A stretch of 64,000 nt of DNA from Lobosporangium transversale (lineage: Eukaryota): contig NW_019028980.1 in the NCBI RefSeq assembly GCF_002105155.1, positions 1,550,001 to 1,614,000 on the forward strand, written 5' to 3'. A program made the position numbers and the translations under genes. How positions within the stretch are numbered: the stretch's first letter is position 1; every line of letters begins with the position of its first letter. Below the pieces are notes generated by a model, which worked only from the letters and a program-made list of their open reading frames with translations, had not been told where the DNA came from and searched no databases. Of this stretch, positions 1-14,485 are shown in pieces.

Positions 1-709
1 TGTAGTTAAAAATGGGACCGTTTTGATCATGGACTGCTGACCGTTGACCAGTGGAGAATCGGATCCGGGCATACGCCCAACAGTTCACGTAATCCTTAAT
101 TGCCTAATTGCGTTTCGCGTGGCGATTGAGATATGTTCCACAAGGAATAAAAGGAGACCAGTGATCATGATCATGATCATGACGACTATGATGATGAAAA
201 GAAAAAAAAAAGAAAGAAAAGAGAAAGAATAATGGCATGCAAACTTTGCAGGATGGGAATCTCTAATTTGACTGACAATGATTTTTTATTTTTAATTGTT
301 TTGACTGTAACAAAACGCCCAGACTGTTGGTCAAGGAAGGATGGAAGCAATGTGGGCCATGGGCTAAAAAAAAGTGTGAGCGTTGAAGTTGAAGACGGGA
401 AGGAAAGGGACCCATCCATTGCTCACTTCGTTATGGAACAGAATAATGAAAAACCTCTTGAGTAGAGCAGACCACATTGAAAGCTCGTACATCCTATCCT
501 TTCCTCTGACTTTCTTGCTTTCCATCGTTTTTTCTTTTTTTTTTTTTTTTTTTTCTTTTTCTTTTTTCTTTTTTCTTTTCTTCTTCTTCTTCTTTTTCTA
601 ACTGTTCATCCTTCAGCAACTGGTTTTCACTTTCCTTCCTTTGTAATTTTTTCTTTTTTTTTTTTTTTTTTTTTTTTTTTTCTTTACTTCTCATTCCATT
701 TAAGATCAC

Positions 710-1382
710 ATGAACAATCGAGATCCCACCCAGGTCATCACCACCCCTCCTTCCGCTACCACTCCTTCCTCCCCTTCCTCCCCTTGTCCTTCCTCCTCTG
801 TCCTTTCCTCGCCCAAAAACCATGCAGAGGATTCCCCCTTGACGGGTCTTTCAAAGATCAAGGCCACGGCCCTTCTGCTCAAACAAAAGGTCGCTGGTAC
901 CAGCAACAAACCTCAGAAACAACCCAACAAGATCGCACATCCATGGAGTCTCAATTCCTCTTCTCGGTCTTTTTCCTGTCCTTCTCCTACTTCTCCTCAA
1001 AGTCATCGTAGTGGAGGAGAAGAAGGAGCTATAACCCCTCAAGGTCTAAAGAAGGAATCTATAAAAGCAATGATTGTTGCGAGAGAAGATCCATCCCTGA
1101 GTTGTAATAAAATGGCTCCTTCAGGGACACAACCTGCACCAGCAGCTCAGAAACGAGATTCTGCCAGGGCAATCAGCTCTACTGCAGCTGCAGATGCAGA
1201 TGCAGATGTTGGTATAACCGAGGTTCAATACTCACCCAAGCTTTCAGAGCAACAACACCAGCAAATTCATTCTCCTCCCCTTACTCCTACAGCCATTAGC
1301 GAAAGCAGAAATAACAGCAGTAGCAACAACAACGACAATGACAACAATAATAGTAGTAATAATAGTAACAATAACAACAACG

Positions 1383-1415
<33 letters not shown>

Positions 1416-3674
1416 GCAGTAGTAAGGGGGAGGAGAAAGGGGATATCAAGAATGACAACAGTGAACATATTTCCGTGGTATGCGAAAGACATCAGGATCA
1501 GCAGGACAGGAATCATTCGATCCTTACTAATCCTACTAGTCCTACTAGTCCTACAAGTCCTACAAGTCCTACTGGCTCAGATGCAGCAGGCAGGAGGTCA
1601 ACAAGGAGAAGGACTACGCGTGGAGATATGCTCGCACCTAGCCAGTTTGCGCCTTCACCGTCTTCATCTACACCGTTGTTCATGAGGGCCTTTCAAAATC
1701 CAGATGCTGCCACACTCATACCCACATCCGTCAACAGTGGTAGTAGCAACAACAGCAATGACGGCGATGCCTTCAATACCCATGTTCATTCAAGCATGGT
1801 CGCTACCACACAGGATACCTCACGCTCACGCGGTAGTCGTAATTCTCGAGCAGCAGAAACAAATCAGCCTTCGGCTGTTTCACCTTCGATGCAAACTGAC
1901 ACAGTTAGTGTAGAAAGACCAATAGTAAAGAACGGTAACAACAAGAGTGCTACAGAACCAATGACGCCAACAACACCCACAACGCCCAAAGTGTCATCAT
2001 CAGGAGGAGCAGCGACTAAAGCAAATTTGTCTGTGCTCGATCAACAAAAACAACAACAACAACAACAACAGCGACAGCAACGACCATCACATACCCCACG
2101 TCGTCATACGACCTCCACTAGCAGCCCTAGTTCGATGGCCATCGCATCATTGTTTGAAAATTCTGTACCACCATTGCCTACTCCGTCAATCAACACAGCA
2201 TTACGACAGTTCCAAACCCCTAAAATCCCTGCCAACCTGGTCCAGGCCCGGATTATGCAACAAGAGGAACAGAGACGAAGGGATGAAGAATTAGCAAAGA
2301 TTCCTATTACCGCTAATTTGAGAACTGTAAAGAAGATTCAGGCTGTGTTGATTGATGATGAAGAGGAACTGGCTGCTGGTGCTTCCGGTTCTGGCGCTGT
2401 CGAGAATAATGAATCAGGGACACCTCCTTCATCATCATCATCTTCATCTCCGTCTACTTCAGCGCCATCATCATTGGGTGTCAATTCCGGATTAATAACT
2501 ACGCGACCCCGTTCAAAGACAGCTACTTCGAGTACTGTGATGGTGTCAACTCTCGTTGGTGGAAAGCAACGAGGGGATCGTAACCATGTTGGAACTGTAG
2601 CTATCCCTAAGAAGCTGGCTGAGCAGGTCGAGAATATTCTGGGACGCAAACTTGCAGGCAAGGGAAACGTTCTGGATGAGCGCGAAAAAGAACGCGAGGT
2701 AAGAACCTGCTCCTTATCCTTAACCCAAAAAAAAAAAAAAAAAAAAAAGTATATAAATTAAATACATTAAATAATTATTTAATAATCTTTTTTTATTATT
2801 AATTTATTAAATAGGAAGAAGAAGCCCGCAAAGCTGCAGAGCCATTGCCTCCCATTGTTCGTGGCCAGCCTCGTAAACGGGCTTTGACCTCAGCTCATAT
2901 TCGAAATCTAGTCTCCTCTTGGGATCACAAAGTAGAGGAAGCTAAAGAGATTACAATGGAAGCAGAGCAGATTCGGCAATTCTTGGAGGAACGGAGTACA
3001 GCCCATGCAGAACTACCAAAGTTTTCAAAAGTGCCTCTTTCGGGAAGTGAATTGTTGAAACCTCTGCCATCGTTGCCTCCACCTCCACCGGTCATCGCTC
3101 CCTCTGGTCATTCAAAGAGCAGCAAATCTTCTTCTTCTACAACTACTAAAAAAGATCAAAGTCACAGGAGTGGACATGCTAAAACCGCTAGTGGTGGTGC
3201 ATCTCCATACATGTCTTCATGTAATGGAGGTGACAGAAGTTCGTCTTCATCCTCTTCCTCCAGTCTGGATTTGAATAATAATGAATCAAACACAGCAGTA
3301 ACAGTAACAGTGGCAGTAACAGAAACAGCACCAGTTACAGTACCAGTTACACCAGCCATTTTGGTGGAAGGTCAAGATATTGAAAGCGAGAAAATCTCTA
3401 CCCCTGCGAGCAAACCATCTATTACAGTATGTTCTTTTTGTATATCATATTAATAACTTGGGATAACACGAATGGAGTGTGTATAATTTTGCTGTTTTGC
3501 TGTTTTGCTGTTTTGCTGATTTTTTTTTTTTTTTTTTTTTTTTCAATTTGCTTATTTTAGCTGGAATCATTGGATACCAAGAGGAGCGGTCAAGTGCTGG
3601 ATAACAAGGCCGTGATCAGTCGACCACGTCGTGCTGGTGTCCGTAGAGCCACTGTGAACGCAGTAAATATGTAA
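710..3674 (+). CDS. Low-complexity hypothetical protein (3 exons: 710-2698, 2815-3426, 3561-3674) with possible WH2-like and CPI-like actin-regulatory motifs
   Basis: ORFs 710..2761 and 2845..3453 join in frame through GT-AG introns 2699-2814 and 3427-3560. The last exon reads LESLDTKRSGQVLDNKAVISRPRRAGVRRATVNAVNM*. Poly-N/Q/S tracts are present. Confidence 0.7.
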
Positions 3675-4109
3675 CGAACGAACGAACAAAGGATAAAAAT
3701 CTAACGATGAATAACGATGAAAAACAATGACAACAAAGACATACATGAGCCCATTACCCCTTCCCATCCCTTCCGCAGGAAAGAAAGAAAGAAAAAAAAA
3801 AGAAAAAAGAGAAAAAAAAAAAAAAAAGACGTTGAATCAACTGGATATAGCCTTGTATTGACAATGAAATATGATATTTATGAAATAAAAAGAAAATCTT
3901 CTTTAATTTTTAAAAGAGCTACAAGTACAATGTATACAATAATAAAATATATAAAATGCAAGATGCTGTAGAGGGAAGAGGAAAAGAGGGAAGGGAAGTG
4001 GAAGGAGAGGGAAAAAAGAGTTGAGCTATAAACAATAAAGAAGGAAAAAAAAAAAAAAAAAAAAAAGGGCTAATAAAGTAGAAGATGGATAAAATAGATA
4101 ACAAGGTGT

Positions 4110-4286
4110 CTAAGGGAAATTCAACACAACATCCCTATTGGCTTGAATCATGAACTGAGCTGGAGCAGGCGACCCTCCGGCCCCTACTCTGGGTCCAGGA
4201 GGTATAAGAGGTGTTGTCGTTGGAGATGACGATGGTGCTGATGAAACCGTCGATGTGCTTATTGTATGACTACAACCATCACTATC

Positions 4287-4320
<34 letters not shown>

Positions 4321-5365
4321 GTCACTGAAGGGGATGAAGTCTGTGTTAAAGTTTCAGATGCAGATGTACTCTGAGTAACAGTACTGGTGGATGTGCAAGC
4401 CATCGTCTCTGTAGCAGGAGTAGAAGTAGAAGTAGCACCAGTAGTAGTAGCAGTAGTACTACAGCTGCTTTTAGTGAATGAGGGTTGAGGCCACGATGCG
4501 CGCATATCTTGGAATCGTCCGGGTGTGAAAGTTCCAGCGATGCCATTAGGACTGAGGCGCGCCATTAATCCATCAACGTTGACAGTCGTATTGCCATTTG
4601 AGCCTCCTCCGTTATTGCCTTCAAAAGGTAAGATGAGTCGCCCTGCTTTTGTGACCTGGACAGAGGGTGAGTGGACTTGGAAAGCACATGTCTGGTTCCA
4701 TGCCATCATATTCATCTGAATCTGACCATCAAGTGTGTTCAAGTTCACGACAGCGGGTATTATGGCTGTACTGGGGGTGGGTGGGTTGGACGGGGGATAA
4801 GAGGAAGAATAAATCTGGGAGCCGGGGGAGGGAATAGAAAAGCCAATGCTTGCATGAATATCACCTTTGACGGTCGTCACTGAAAGTTGATCGCGTACAA
4901 TGACAGACTTGAGCAACACTGTTGCAGGAGAATCAGATGTGTATGAAATCGATAGTGAATTTATGTTTAACGACTATTATGTAAATAAAGGCATAAAAGA
5001 GAGAGAAGTCAGTAACAACGAACTTGTAATCAAAATTAATAATAACCCCCCCCCCGCACGACATTTTTTAATAGTGCTTACCTGGATCATCATATCATGA
5101 TTGCTAATGCCCTTGAATCTCCAAGTTGCGTTCCTAGGAGTGTCCGCGTTCACATTGATGAATACATCCTGTTGATCCACTTTGGCGTCCAGTGAGAGTT
5201 CTGGTTGACCAGGGACTGCTCTGGGCATCTCAATAGTCAAGATTGATGGTGAACAAAGCACAGATGAAATAAAAAAATCTCGATGATCATTGGCGATATC
5301 CTGTGGATACCAAAAAGAGAGACAAAATAAAAAGGATAGTAATGCTATTAGTATTCTCTCTCTCT

Positions 5366-5400
<35 letters not shown>

Positions 5401-5456
5401 CAGGCTGCATGTGCCTGCTGCATGAATGTGTGTGAATGTTTTTTGTGATAAAGAGT

Positions 5457-5498
<42 letters not shown>

Positions 5499-8116
5499 AC
5501 TCACATTCAACACGTATTGCACAGTGCCGTTGGCAAGAGTAGTGATTTGGAAACCAGTGAGATCTCTTCGGTCCTTCATTTTGTAAAACTGTCTTTGCAG
5601 CTTCAGCAACACACGCGTCTCATTCAGGTTTAACGAGTCCACAATGTTAATGACCCCTTTCTATTAAGTGATTGGATGATTATCAACAAAAACAAGAATG
5701 AACATTCCAGAAAAAAAGAAAAAAAAAAATTGTGAGGATGGATATTTTTTTTTTTTTTTTTTTTTTTTCGTGCAAGTACGCAAACTTACTGTGCTGGTTT
5801 GATATTCCAGAGAAAGTGCCTGAACGGTTGTGGGGTCAATAATATAGATCATAGGTTCAACAGTCTTGGGATCAATCGCTATACATGGTCGGTATTGATG
5901 AAGCAAAAAAGCCTGAGGAGAGAGAAAGAGGGGGACAAAAAGAAACAAAGAGAACATTGGTCAATCAGTCAACGCCTGCCCAGGAAGGAGTAAGAGAAAC
6001 AAAAAAAAAAAAAAAAAGCTTTTTTCCCGAACAGGTTGCATTTCTTTTTTTAAGGAAAAGGGAGGAAGAAGGAGGGGCTTACCGCTGCAACTCCAAACAG
6101 GCCTAGAACGGTGAAAAGGATCAACAAGAGTACCCACCACCTGCAGCCTCCAAAGCACCACCGAAAATACCTGCGTTTTGGGACTTTGGTGTATGCTGGC
6201 CCTTCTTGAAAGGGCGGTAAGGGAGCAAGATAGTTATGCTCATCTGTCGACAGCTCAGTTCCATACACACTACCAGTCTCTCCACCAGCGGCCGTCTCAC
6301 CTCCACCTCGTATTGTTGCACCTCCTGCTCTTGATCCTGCCTTGGAACGCATACCGTCCATCGCAGACGGACTAAGGTCACTCATCGACCTATTGTGTTG
6401 ATTATAATCTGGGTACTGGTGGTAATTGTACTGAGGATGGTGACGGTGGCGTGAGGTTGAACGACAGCGATTAGAAGTTGAAGAAGGCATGTTTGAGTTG
6501 GGAGTGTTGGACCTTGCGTGGTAATGATACCGGCCTGATTTTGTAGAGGGTGGGCGGTAATGTCGACTCATGCTTGAGTGTGGTCGTGATGTTCCATCAA
6601 GCTCAGGATCCAGGCCTGTCACAATACCAATGGTTGACATGTTTCTCTTGTGGATTTCCTGCATCTCCATATCATGTTCGTCTGCGCTACTTGCTGTTTG
6701 CGTTTCGTAATCGGATTGTTGATGTTGTGGTTGTTGTTGTTGTTGTTGTTGCTGCTGCTGCTGCTGCTGTTGTTGTTGTTGTTGTTGTTGCTCTCGTTGT
6801 CGCTGTCGTACGTCGGCATCAGTATCAGTGTCGGTATTTGCGCCTTCGCTGTAATTGTTGCGGCGATCGACATAGATGGTCGACCTATTCCTGCGTGTAC
6901 TTGTACTTGCTCGAGATCGACGTGATGAAGCCATAGATGATGGCGAAAGAGGCCTCAAGTCGGGTAGGTCGAATCGGACGACTGAGGAGTTCTTGGATCG
7001 GAAACTGGTGTCTGTGTCGATAGAGACCTTCCTGCTATGGTTTCTCCTCCGACCATAGCCATTGACTGCCGCCTCACGCTCGCGTTCGCGCGCCTCTTCC
7101 TCTTCACTGTCATCCTGGGTTTCCCAGTGTTCCGAAAGCATGCCTTCTGCGTCCAGGTCTTTTAAATCATCGATGTGTGCTTGAGCATGTCCATAATCCA
7201 TTGGGATGGCAATCATGTCGCGTATTGGGCTTGTTGGACGGCTGCGCCCACGGGTATAGCTGTTCTGATTAGAGGAATAAATTGAGGAGGAAGTGGAGGG
7301 TGTAGGAGAAGGAGAGGGTGACACAGGAGATTTGGCAGAGGCTGTAGAAGACAAGGGCACCGGGGCAGCGATCCTGACGGAGCTCTGACTCCTTTGATGA
7401 TTAGGGGGATGTGGTCTGAGATGGGCTGGAGACCTTGAACGTTCCATTTGATAATGGTCGTGGTTTGGATGTGGCCGATGAGTATGGATTTTCCCTGAAG
7501 ATTGCCCTGGTGGAAGGTATTCACCATGTTTTTTACGGAGAGCCTCGTTGGCTTCTTCCTTCAGCCTTTGTTCCTCCCGTTCCTGCTCTTGGCGTTCCTT
7601 TTTCCGCTTTTTATTAGCTCTTAAAGTAAGCTTGCGTGAAAGTAAAGACTTTTCTTCTTCTTCTTCTTCTTCTTCTTCCTGTTGTTGTTGTTGCTGTTGC
7701 TCTTGTTGCTTTTTTTCTGCTCCATTGACAGGGGTCATAGACAGGGCTCCGGCTGTGGCAGATTTGTCATTTGAGAGTGAGGAAGCAGGGGAGCCTGTGT
7801 TGGCTGCAGAGGTGAGAGGTGTGGACGAAGAAGAAGAAGAAGAAGTTGATTTTTTGGCCCTAAGGGTTTCTGTGGATGCTTTGAGGCCAAGGGTTTGTTG
7901 AGGACGTGAGGATGGATCGTCAGCCTTTTGGGTTTGAACGTTATTGAGATTGTTAGTAATTTTATTTTTATCTTTTTCTTTATCATCTGCTTCGGATTTG
8001 GATTGAGAAAGTGGGTGCGTGCCCGATGAGCGTGGGGCCTTGAGTGCTGATCGTACCTGAGATTGTGGCTGTGAAGAAGTTCCAGGTTTGGGAAAAGAAG
8101 CTGTGGTAGTGGACAT
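4110..8116 (-). CDS. Multi-exon type II membrane protein: long disordered N-terminus, one TM helix, C-terminal beta-rich (DUF4097/adhesin-like) region with Ser/Thr tail
   Basis: ORF 6050..8116 ends in RRYFRWCFGGCRWWVLLLILFTVLGLFGVAA at a GTAAG donor (6082). Further exons lie in ORFs at about 5790-5912, 5505-5660, 5081-5300 and 4110-4975, with motifs LSVTTVKGDI and VNLNTLDGQI. Confidence 0.65.
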
Positions 8117-10282
8117 TATATTTTATTTTTCTGCTTTTTTGGGTTGATTGGACCTGTGGCGATTTCACTTCCCCTAATGGAGGCAGTGGAGGGTGGGGGA
8201 TAAAAAAACAGGCGTAAAAACCGTGAGCCACTCCACTTTTGGGTTGTTTGTTCCTCTATGTGTGGGGGGGAGAAGTGTGGGAGAGGATGGGGAGAGGAGA
8301 ATATGATGAAGAAAAGAAGAAGAAGTATAAGAGAAAAGAATTGAAAAGGAGGAAGAGAAAAGAGAAAGAGGAGGAGGGGTAAAGTGGAGAAAGAGGGTGG
8401 AGAAGGAGAATGTAAGAAAAAAAAAAAAAAAAAAAAAAAGATGGTTTAGTGCAAAAAGAGGCGATGATCAATAAAGAGCCCTTGTCCTTGAATATTTGAA
8501 TATTTGAAAGGATTATTATGTGTGATACATGAGTGATGTATTAGAATTATGTGCAACAACACAGTGCAACAGTGCAACGAACAAAAACTTTTTTTTGCAA
8601 CAAAAAGGGGAGAGGAGAGACAATCGTCCTTTCAAGAAAGAAAGAAAGAAGAAAGCTGAGGTTGTTGTAAAGAAGAAAGAAAATATACAAAATATTAAAA
8701 GTGATAAACTAACGATGATTTGATGCTACAAAAGTATCCGATAAAAAAAGAGTGTCAATGGGGGAGGAAAGGAGGATAGATGTTTTTTCTTTCTCGGGAA
8801 AATATCAAGAGCAAAGAGATTAGAGCGAGAGTAAGGATAAGAGCAAGAGGAATGCAGATGATGCTATACATGTTTATTATAATACACATCGAATAGCATC
8901 TAGACGTTAGTGTGCAATAGAAATGCTCAGGAACAAAAAAAAAAAAAAAAAAAAAACGCAATAACTCTAACTAGTTCAGTTTCACTCTTCTTAACGCTTA
9001 ACGGTAAGCAGTATTGCTCAGTAAGCTTGCTCGTTGGAATGATTGAATTGCAATCAACATCTTGCATGTCATTGCTCATTGCCCATTCGATCCTAGTCAG
9101 CTGTCCTCCAAAAGTCCCATTTTACTTTTACTTTTTATCTTTCCATCGTTATCCCATCCCATCCCATCAATCTTTTTTTTTTTCTCTGTCTCAGACTCTG
9201 TCCCTACTATACCCCTTATAAAGCCCATCAACTCAATTTCTGATTGAGTATTAAATAAACATTTTTTTTTCTGCAAACAAAAAAAAAAAACTTCTTTGCA
9301 TGCCGCCTAACTGCATGCACCTTGTGCTACCATTTGTCACGTGATATGAGCGTACAACGCGAGAAAATACGCCAACAACCAAAAACCAGCAAACAGCGAC
9401 AGTTCCCGAGGAAATGGTAAGCAAACTTTACATCAAATCAAATCAATCTTTGCATACAGAGTATTCCCTCATGTTTAGTCTACCTGTATATATACATTAG
9501 TATATATCCTTGTTGAATATTTATCTCCGTTTTATTTTTTATTATTTTTTTGCACTCTCCTGTCGCTATTGATGCGTCCCATCTAATGTAATGCGCTGCA
9601 AAATGTCGTAAAAAAGAGATCAAAAGTGGGGAAGAGCGTGTCATAGGGACATGCATAGGAGAGAGCCGTGACACAACGAGGTAAATGAGCAAGTGGCGCT
9701 GGTCACCTCGCTCTAATAATTCATTTATTCATGTTTTGTTCCTGCAGGGGGAACAAGTGGTGTAACAGGTTATGGAAGTAATAAAAAGTGCTCCACATTT
9801 ATGAATAAAATGTATATGTATATGTGCATGCAATCAAGAAAAGGACCTCTTTTTTTTTTTTTTTCTTTCATAAACGATATGAATGCACGGTGCATTCGAC
9901 CTGGTCCCCCTGTTTTAAGTGTCCCTCCTTTAGTCAAGATGAGTGACCACAAAAAAAAAAAAAACCGTTTCGTTGTACACACACTTCAAACGAACAAGGG
10001 TAAAATAATATAATTTTTTCTAGTGTACATGCAAAGGATCTGGAGGGAATATGCCTCGCCACATCCCCTACCCCCTATCCCCTACCTCTATTTTTTACTT
10101 TTTATTTTTATTTTTTTTGTTCTTTTTGTTTTCCATTTGCCTATATGCTAATGAGATGACTCTGATAGTATATACATGGATGTTTGTCCAGATTGTCACT
10201 TGATGGGTAGAATATGCAATCTAAGCAACAAAGGCAACATAAGAGCAGCATTATTAGCAACACATTTTTCATGTGGTCCAGC

Positions 10283-10346
10283 CCCAATAGGGCCAATAAG
10301 GCCAATAGGGCCAATAAGGCCAATAGGGCCAATAAGGCCAATAGGG
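10283..10346. repeat. 9-bp tandem repeat (GCCAATARG x7), alternating AGG/AAG
   Basis: CCAAT occurs at 10284, 10293, 10302, 10311, 10320, 10329 and 10338. Confidence 0.9.
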
Positions 10347-10578
10347 CTCAAAAGTCTATTGATGATATATATTTATTCGTCTTCTCAGGCACAGCGTCAG
10401 AATGTGTCAAAGCTAATTTAAAAAAGCTCAAAAAGGGCCCAAGCTCAGTGTGCATCAGCACTCACACTCACACTCACACCTTCGCTCATTCTCACTCACA
10501 CTCTCAGATATGCGCCCAACGCTTTTTTATCTTATTTTTTAAACCTCCTTAATTGATTAACTGATACTTGTGCATAAG

Positions 10579-10611
<33 letters not shown>

Positions 10612-10803
10612 CTCACGAAATATTCTCTTGCCAATCATACATGTCGATTCATATGAATGTACATGTATATGTACATTTTCATGTATTATACACATAGGCA
10701 ATGTGAGTAACACCTGAAGAACAACCTATTCGCTCGTGTCAAGAGAAAGTTTAGTTCTTGTCAATGTCATCCTCGCTGTTGGTTTGCACCATCATTTTCT
10801 TTA

Positions 10804-10839
<36 letters not shown>

Positions 10840-11045
10840 CAATTTTCAATTTAAACAAGAAAAAAAAGTCAACAAGTTATGATGCTATGATGCTACGTCT
10901 TAATTGTAAAATGTGGTTGTAATGATCTATGCTGTTTGTTCATGTTAGCTTATGGTACAATACTAAAAAAATAAAATAAAATAAAATAAAATGCTAGTGG
11001 TAATGTTATCTGAAGGTGTATGTTGTGTAGCTCTTTTTTGAATGC

Positions 11046-11076
<31 letters not shown>

Positions 11077-11082
<6 letters not shown>

Positions 11083-14000
11083 CTTCCTCAAAACTTCAAT
11101 CTTCTTGATGCTCTGGATCACATCTCCTTCCTTAAAGTCTTGGAATCCATCAAACTCCATGCCACACTCCGTACCCTTCTTGGCCTCTTGGATATCTTCC
11201 TTCACCCTCTTCAACGTCGACAGTCGTCCATCCCAGATAACTTCTCCATCACGAACAATACGTACGTCCTCTTTCCTATTCACCCCTCCATTCGTAATAC
11301 GACATCCCGCCACATTCTGGGTCTGTCCTCCTTTGAGTTTGATCGGGAAGATTTGTGCAACCTTGGCCTCTCCCACGACCTGCACCTCAATATCCTTAGG
11401 CAACAATGTCGCCATCTCCACCTTCACATCATCCAAAAGTTTATAGATCACATTATAAGACTTGATCTTGACCCCCATCTGACGCGCTGTTTGTATCAGC
11501 TTCTTATCTGCCTTGACATTGAATCCCAAAATCATGGCTAATATTCATATATATATAAAGAGATATGAAAATAGAAAACCTGTTAGAAAAAACCCCATCT
11601 TTTTTTTTTTTTTATCCAAGTAAAATGGACATTACAAAAGACAGAGGCCTTACCGCCACAGGAAGATGCAAATTGAATATCGCTTTCCGTAATGTTTCCT
11701 ACACCATTCTGGATGACACTGACCTTGACTTGATTGTCTGGTAGACCAGATAGCACATCACAAACTGCCTCTACTGTACCGCTCACATCGCCCTTGACCA
11801 CCATCCTCAAGTTCTTGACCTCACTCTCTTCCTCCTCCTTCGCTGCCATGGCTGCAACCGAAAGCAGTCTCTTGGCCTGAGGCGCCTCCGGATGTGAATC
11901 AAGCGCTCCCTGATGGAAGAGCCATGCATTACGCTTGTATTCACGCAGCGCTGCCTTTTCCTCATCTTCCTCCTCTGCAACAAGGCGACGCTTTTCATTA
12001 ATTGCAACCAAACTCTTTAGTTGCTCTTGCCTCTCCTTCTTGAGAGCTCTGTTCGTGACCACTAACTTGGCCTGTTCCTCAGACTCGGCCCCAAGCATCT
12101 CGTCACCAGCTTTGGGCAGGTCCTTCCAACCCATTACCTTGACCGGAGTACCAGGTGGTGCCTCCTTCACGTTCTTACCCGTGTCATCGACCAATGCCTT
12201 TACTTTGCACCACGTATCACCCGCCACAATCATATCCCCAACCCGGAGCGTTCCACGCTTCACCAATACTGTTGCCACATTACCACGGCCCTTCTCGATC
12301 TGTGATTCAATCACATGGCCCTCGCCCCGGATATCAACCTCAGCCCTCAGATCCAAGACCTCGGCTAATGTCAGAATAGCTTCCTCCAACTTGTCAAGGT
12401 TCTTGCCTGTCAAACCAGATACCTCCACGCACTGGGTTTCACCCCCAAGGTCCTCGACAGTGATACCATATTTAAGTAAAGCCTGCTTAGCCTTGTCGGG
12501 TTCTGCACCATACTTGTCACACTTGTTGATCGCTATAATAATCGGTACACCGGCCTCTTCTGCGTGCTTAATGGCTTCTGCCGTCTGAGGCATCACTCCG
12601 TCCTCTGCTGCCACCACAAGCACAACAATATCGGTCGTATGGGCGCCACGCGCACGCATCGCCGAGAAGGCTGCGTGTCCAGGAGTGTCGAGGAAGGTTA
12701 TCCGTTGTTTCGAAGGCAACAGTACAGAGAAGGCTCCAATGTGTTGAGTAATACCTCCGGCCTCTCCCGCCGCAACCGATGTCTTGCGGAGCGAGTCCAG
12801 TAATGTAGTTTTACCGTGGTCTACATGACCCATGATAGTCACAACAGGTGGACGCAATGGATAGATGGACATATCCTCGGGCTCTGGTCTAGTATTATTT
12901 TTTGAGGTTAATATGAAATTGTTTAGAGACTTTTTTTTTTTTTTTTTTTTTTTTTCCTTCAAAAGAAAAGATCGTGCCTCTATACATACTGTGGGCTCAA
13001 ATCGAATAATTTTTCAGTTGTTCCAACAATAGGGTTGACATTGTACTCCAATGCCAAAAGGGAAGCCTCCTCAGATGTTAAGACTAGTGATAATTAAAGA
13101 GAGTTAAATGCAGAACATATAAGTATAGTTCTATTTAGCTTCCTCCTTAAACTATGATAAAGGTACCATTTTAACTTACTATGGTCATGACGAATGATCT
13201 CCATGCCCAAGGCCTTCATGGTATTCTCAAAATGCCCGATCCTTGCTCCCAATAGCCCTGCCAAGTTCGAAACAGTGATCGCATCTGGGATGAAGACATC
13301 CTTTGCAGGCTTTTGTCGCTGTTTACGTTGTTTTGATCTTTGCTCTATCTGTCTCTTGGCATTCTCCTTTGCTGTACGAGTCGATTTGACAAAAGCGTTG
13401 GCCTGTGGAGTTGCAGATGTAGGTGCAGCTGAAGCTGCAGATGATGCCGAGGAAGATGATGACGACGATGGCATAGGGGCGGGCGCTTTTGAAGCAAGAG
13501 TCGATGATGCCGATCCAGACTGCGATGATGATATTGTGGTGTTTGCGTTCACAGTAGCAGTAGGATTGGATGGCGCCGATGTCGGGGTTATAGTAGGTTG
13601 ATTCGCAGTCTCAGTGGCAGTCTTTTGTAGTGCAGCAGGTTGAGAAGGCGTGCTCTTTATAGTAGTGGATGCATTCGTCTGAGTAGAGGAGAGGCTGGGT
13701 TTAGAGCTGGTAATTGATTTTGGTGCTGGTGCTGAGGGTCCCCAGGCAGAGGAGGTGGCAAAAGAAGAGGGTGGTGCGGGTATGGGTGCAGATGTAGATG
13801 TAATTGACTTTGATGGAGCAGGCTTTGGTGGAGCAGGAGCTGAAAATCCCCAAGCTGAGGACGTGGCAAATGAAGAGGGTGCACTCTGGCGTGCTATTGC
13901 CTCTTGGCGCTCATTGTAGTATCGTCCCGGCCTCCGTCCTTCCTGACCTTGTTGTCTTTGTCTCCCTTCATGATTGTTACTATTGCTACTTTGACGACTA

Positions 14001-14485
14001 TATGATCTGTTCTGGCTTTCCTCATAGGCTCGACGGTATGGACTGACTCCTTGAGATCCTGGCGGTGGAGCCCATTTGTTGCCATTGCTATTATAACTGC
14101 TGTTAGCGCTATTGTTGCTATTGATCTTGGATGCATTGGCACCATTACTCATGGCTTCCCTACGCAGATCCATACGCATCTGGGTCTTTGAATCAATCGC
14201 GATCCGTTCACCAACAAGTTTCCCAGAGCCATTTCCGCTGTTTCCCCCTGTGCTACCACCACTAGCATTGGCATTGGTATTGGCATTGGTATTGGTACTG
14301 GCACTGTTATTCCCATTTAAAGATCTTCCAGATCCAGACTGGAACCCTCTGTGATTGAGTTGTGATCGAGACGATTGAAGTTGAGAACGGACTGAAAAGA
14401 GGAAGCATGATGATGGCGATAATAATGCATTCTGATTAGAGCATCCAAGTCCTGAAGCACTATTGAGACGAGAGACTCTCCACAT
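11077..14485 (-). CDS. IFM1: Mitochondrial translation initiation factor IF-2 (4 exons: 14485-13180, 13083-12990, 12888-11654, 11537-11077)
   Basis: Motifs [38 protein letters not shown] and NKCD, and C-terminal GTECGMEF. The Arg/Ser-rich N-terminus looks like a presequence. Introns are GT-AG. Confidence 0.95.

Noticed and set aside
44..700. Short ORFs rich in poly-K or poly-F here and throughout the window
   Set aside because: They are translations of intronic and intergenic A/T homopolymers.
11935..12588. 217-aa plus-strand ORF
   Set aside because: Antisense shadow of the IF-2 GTPase exon.
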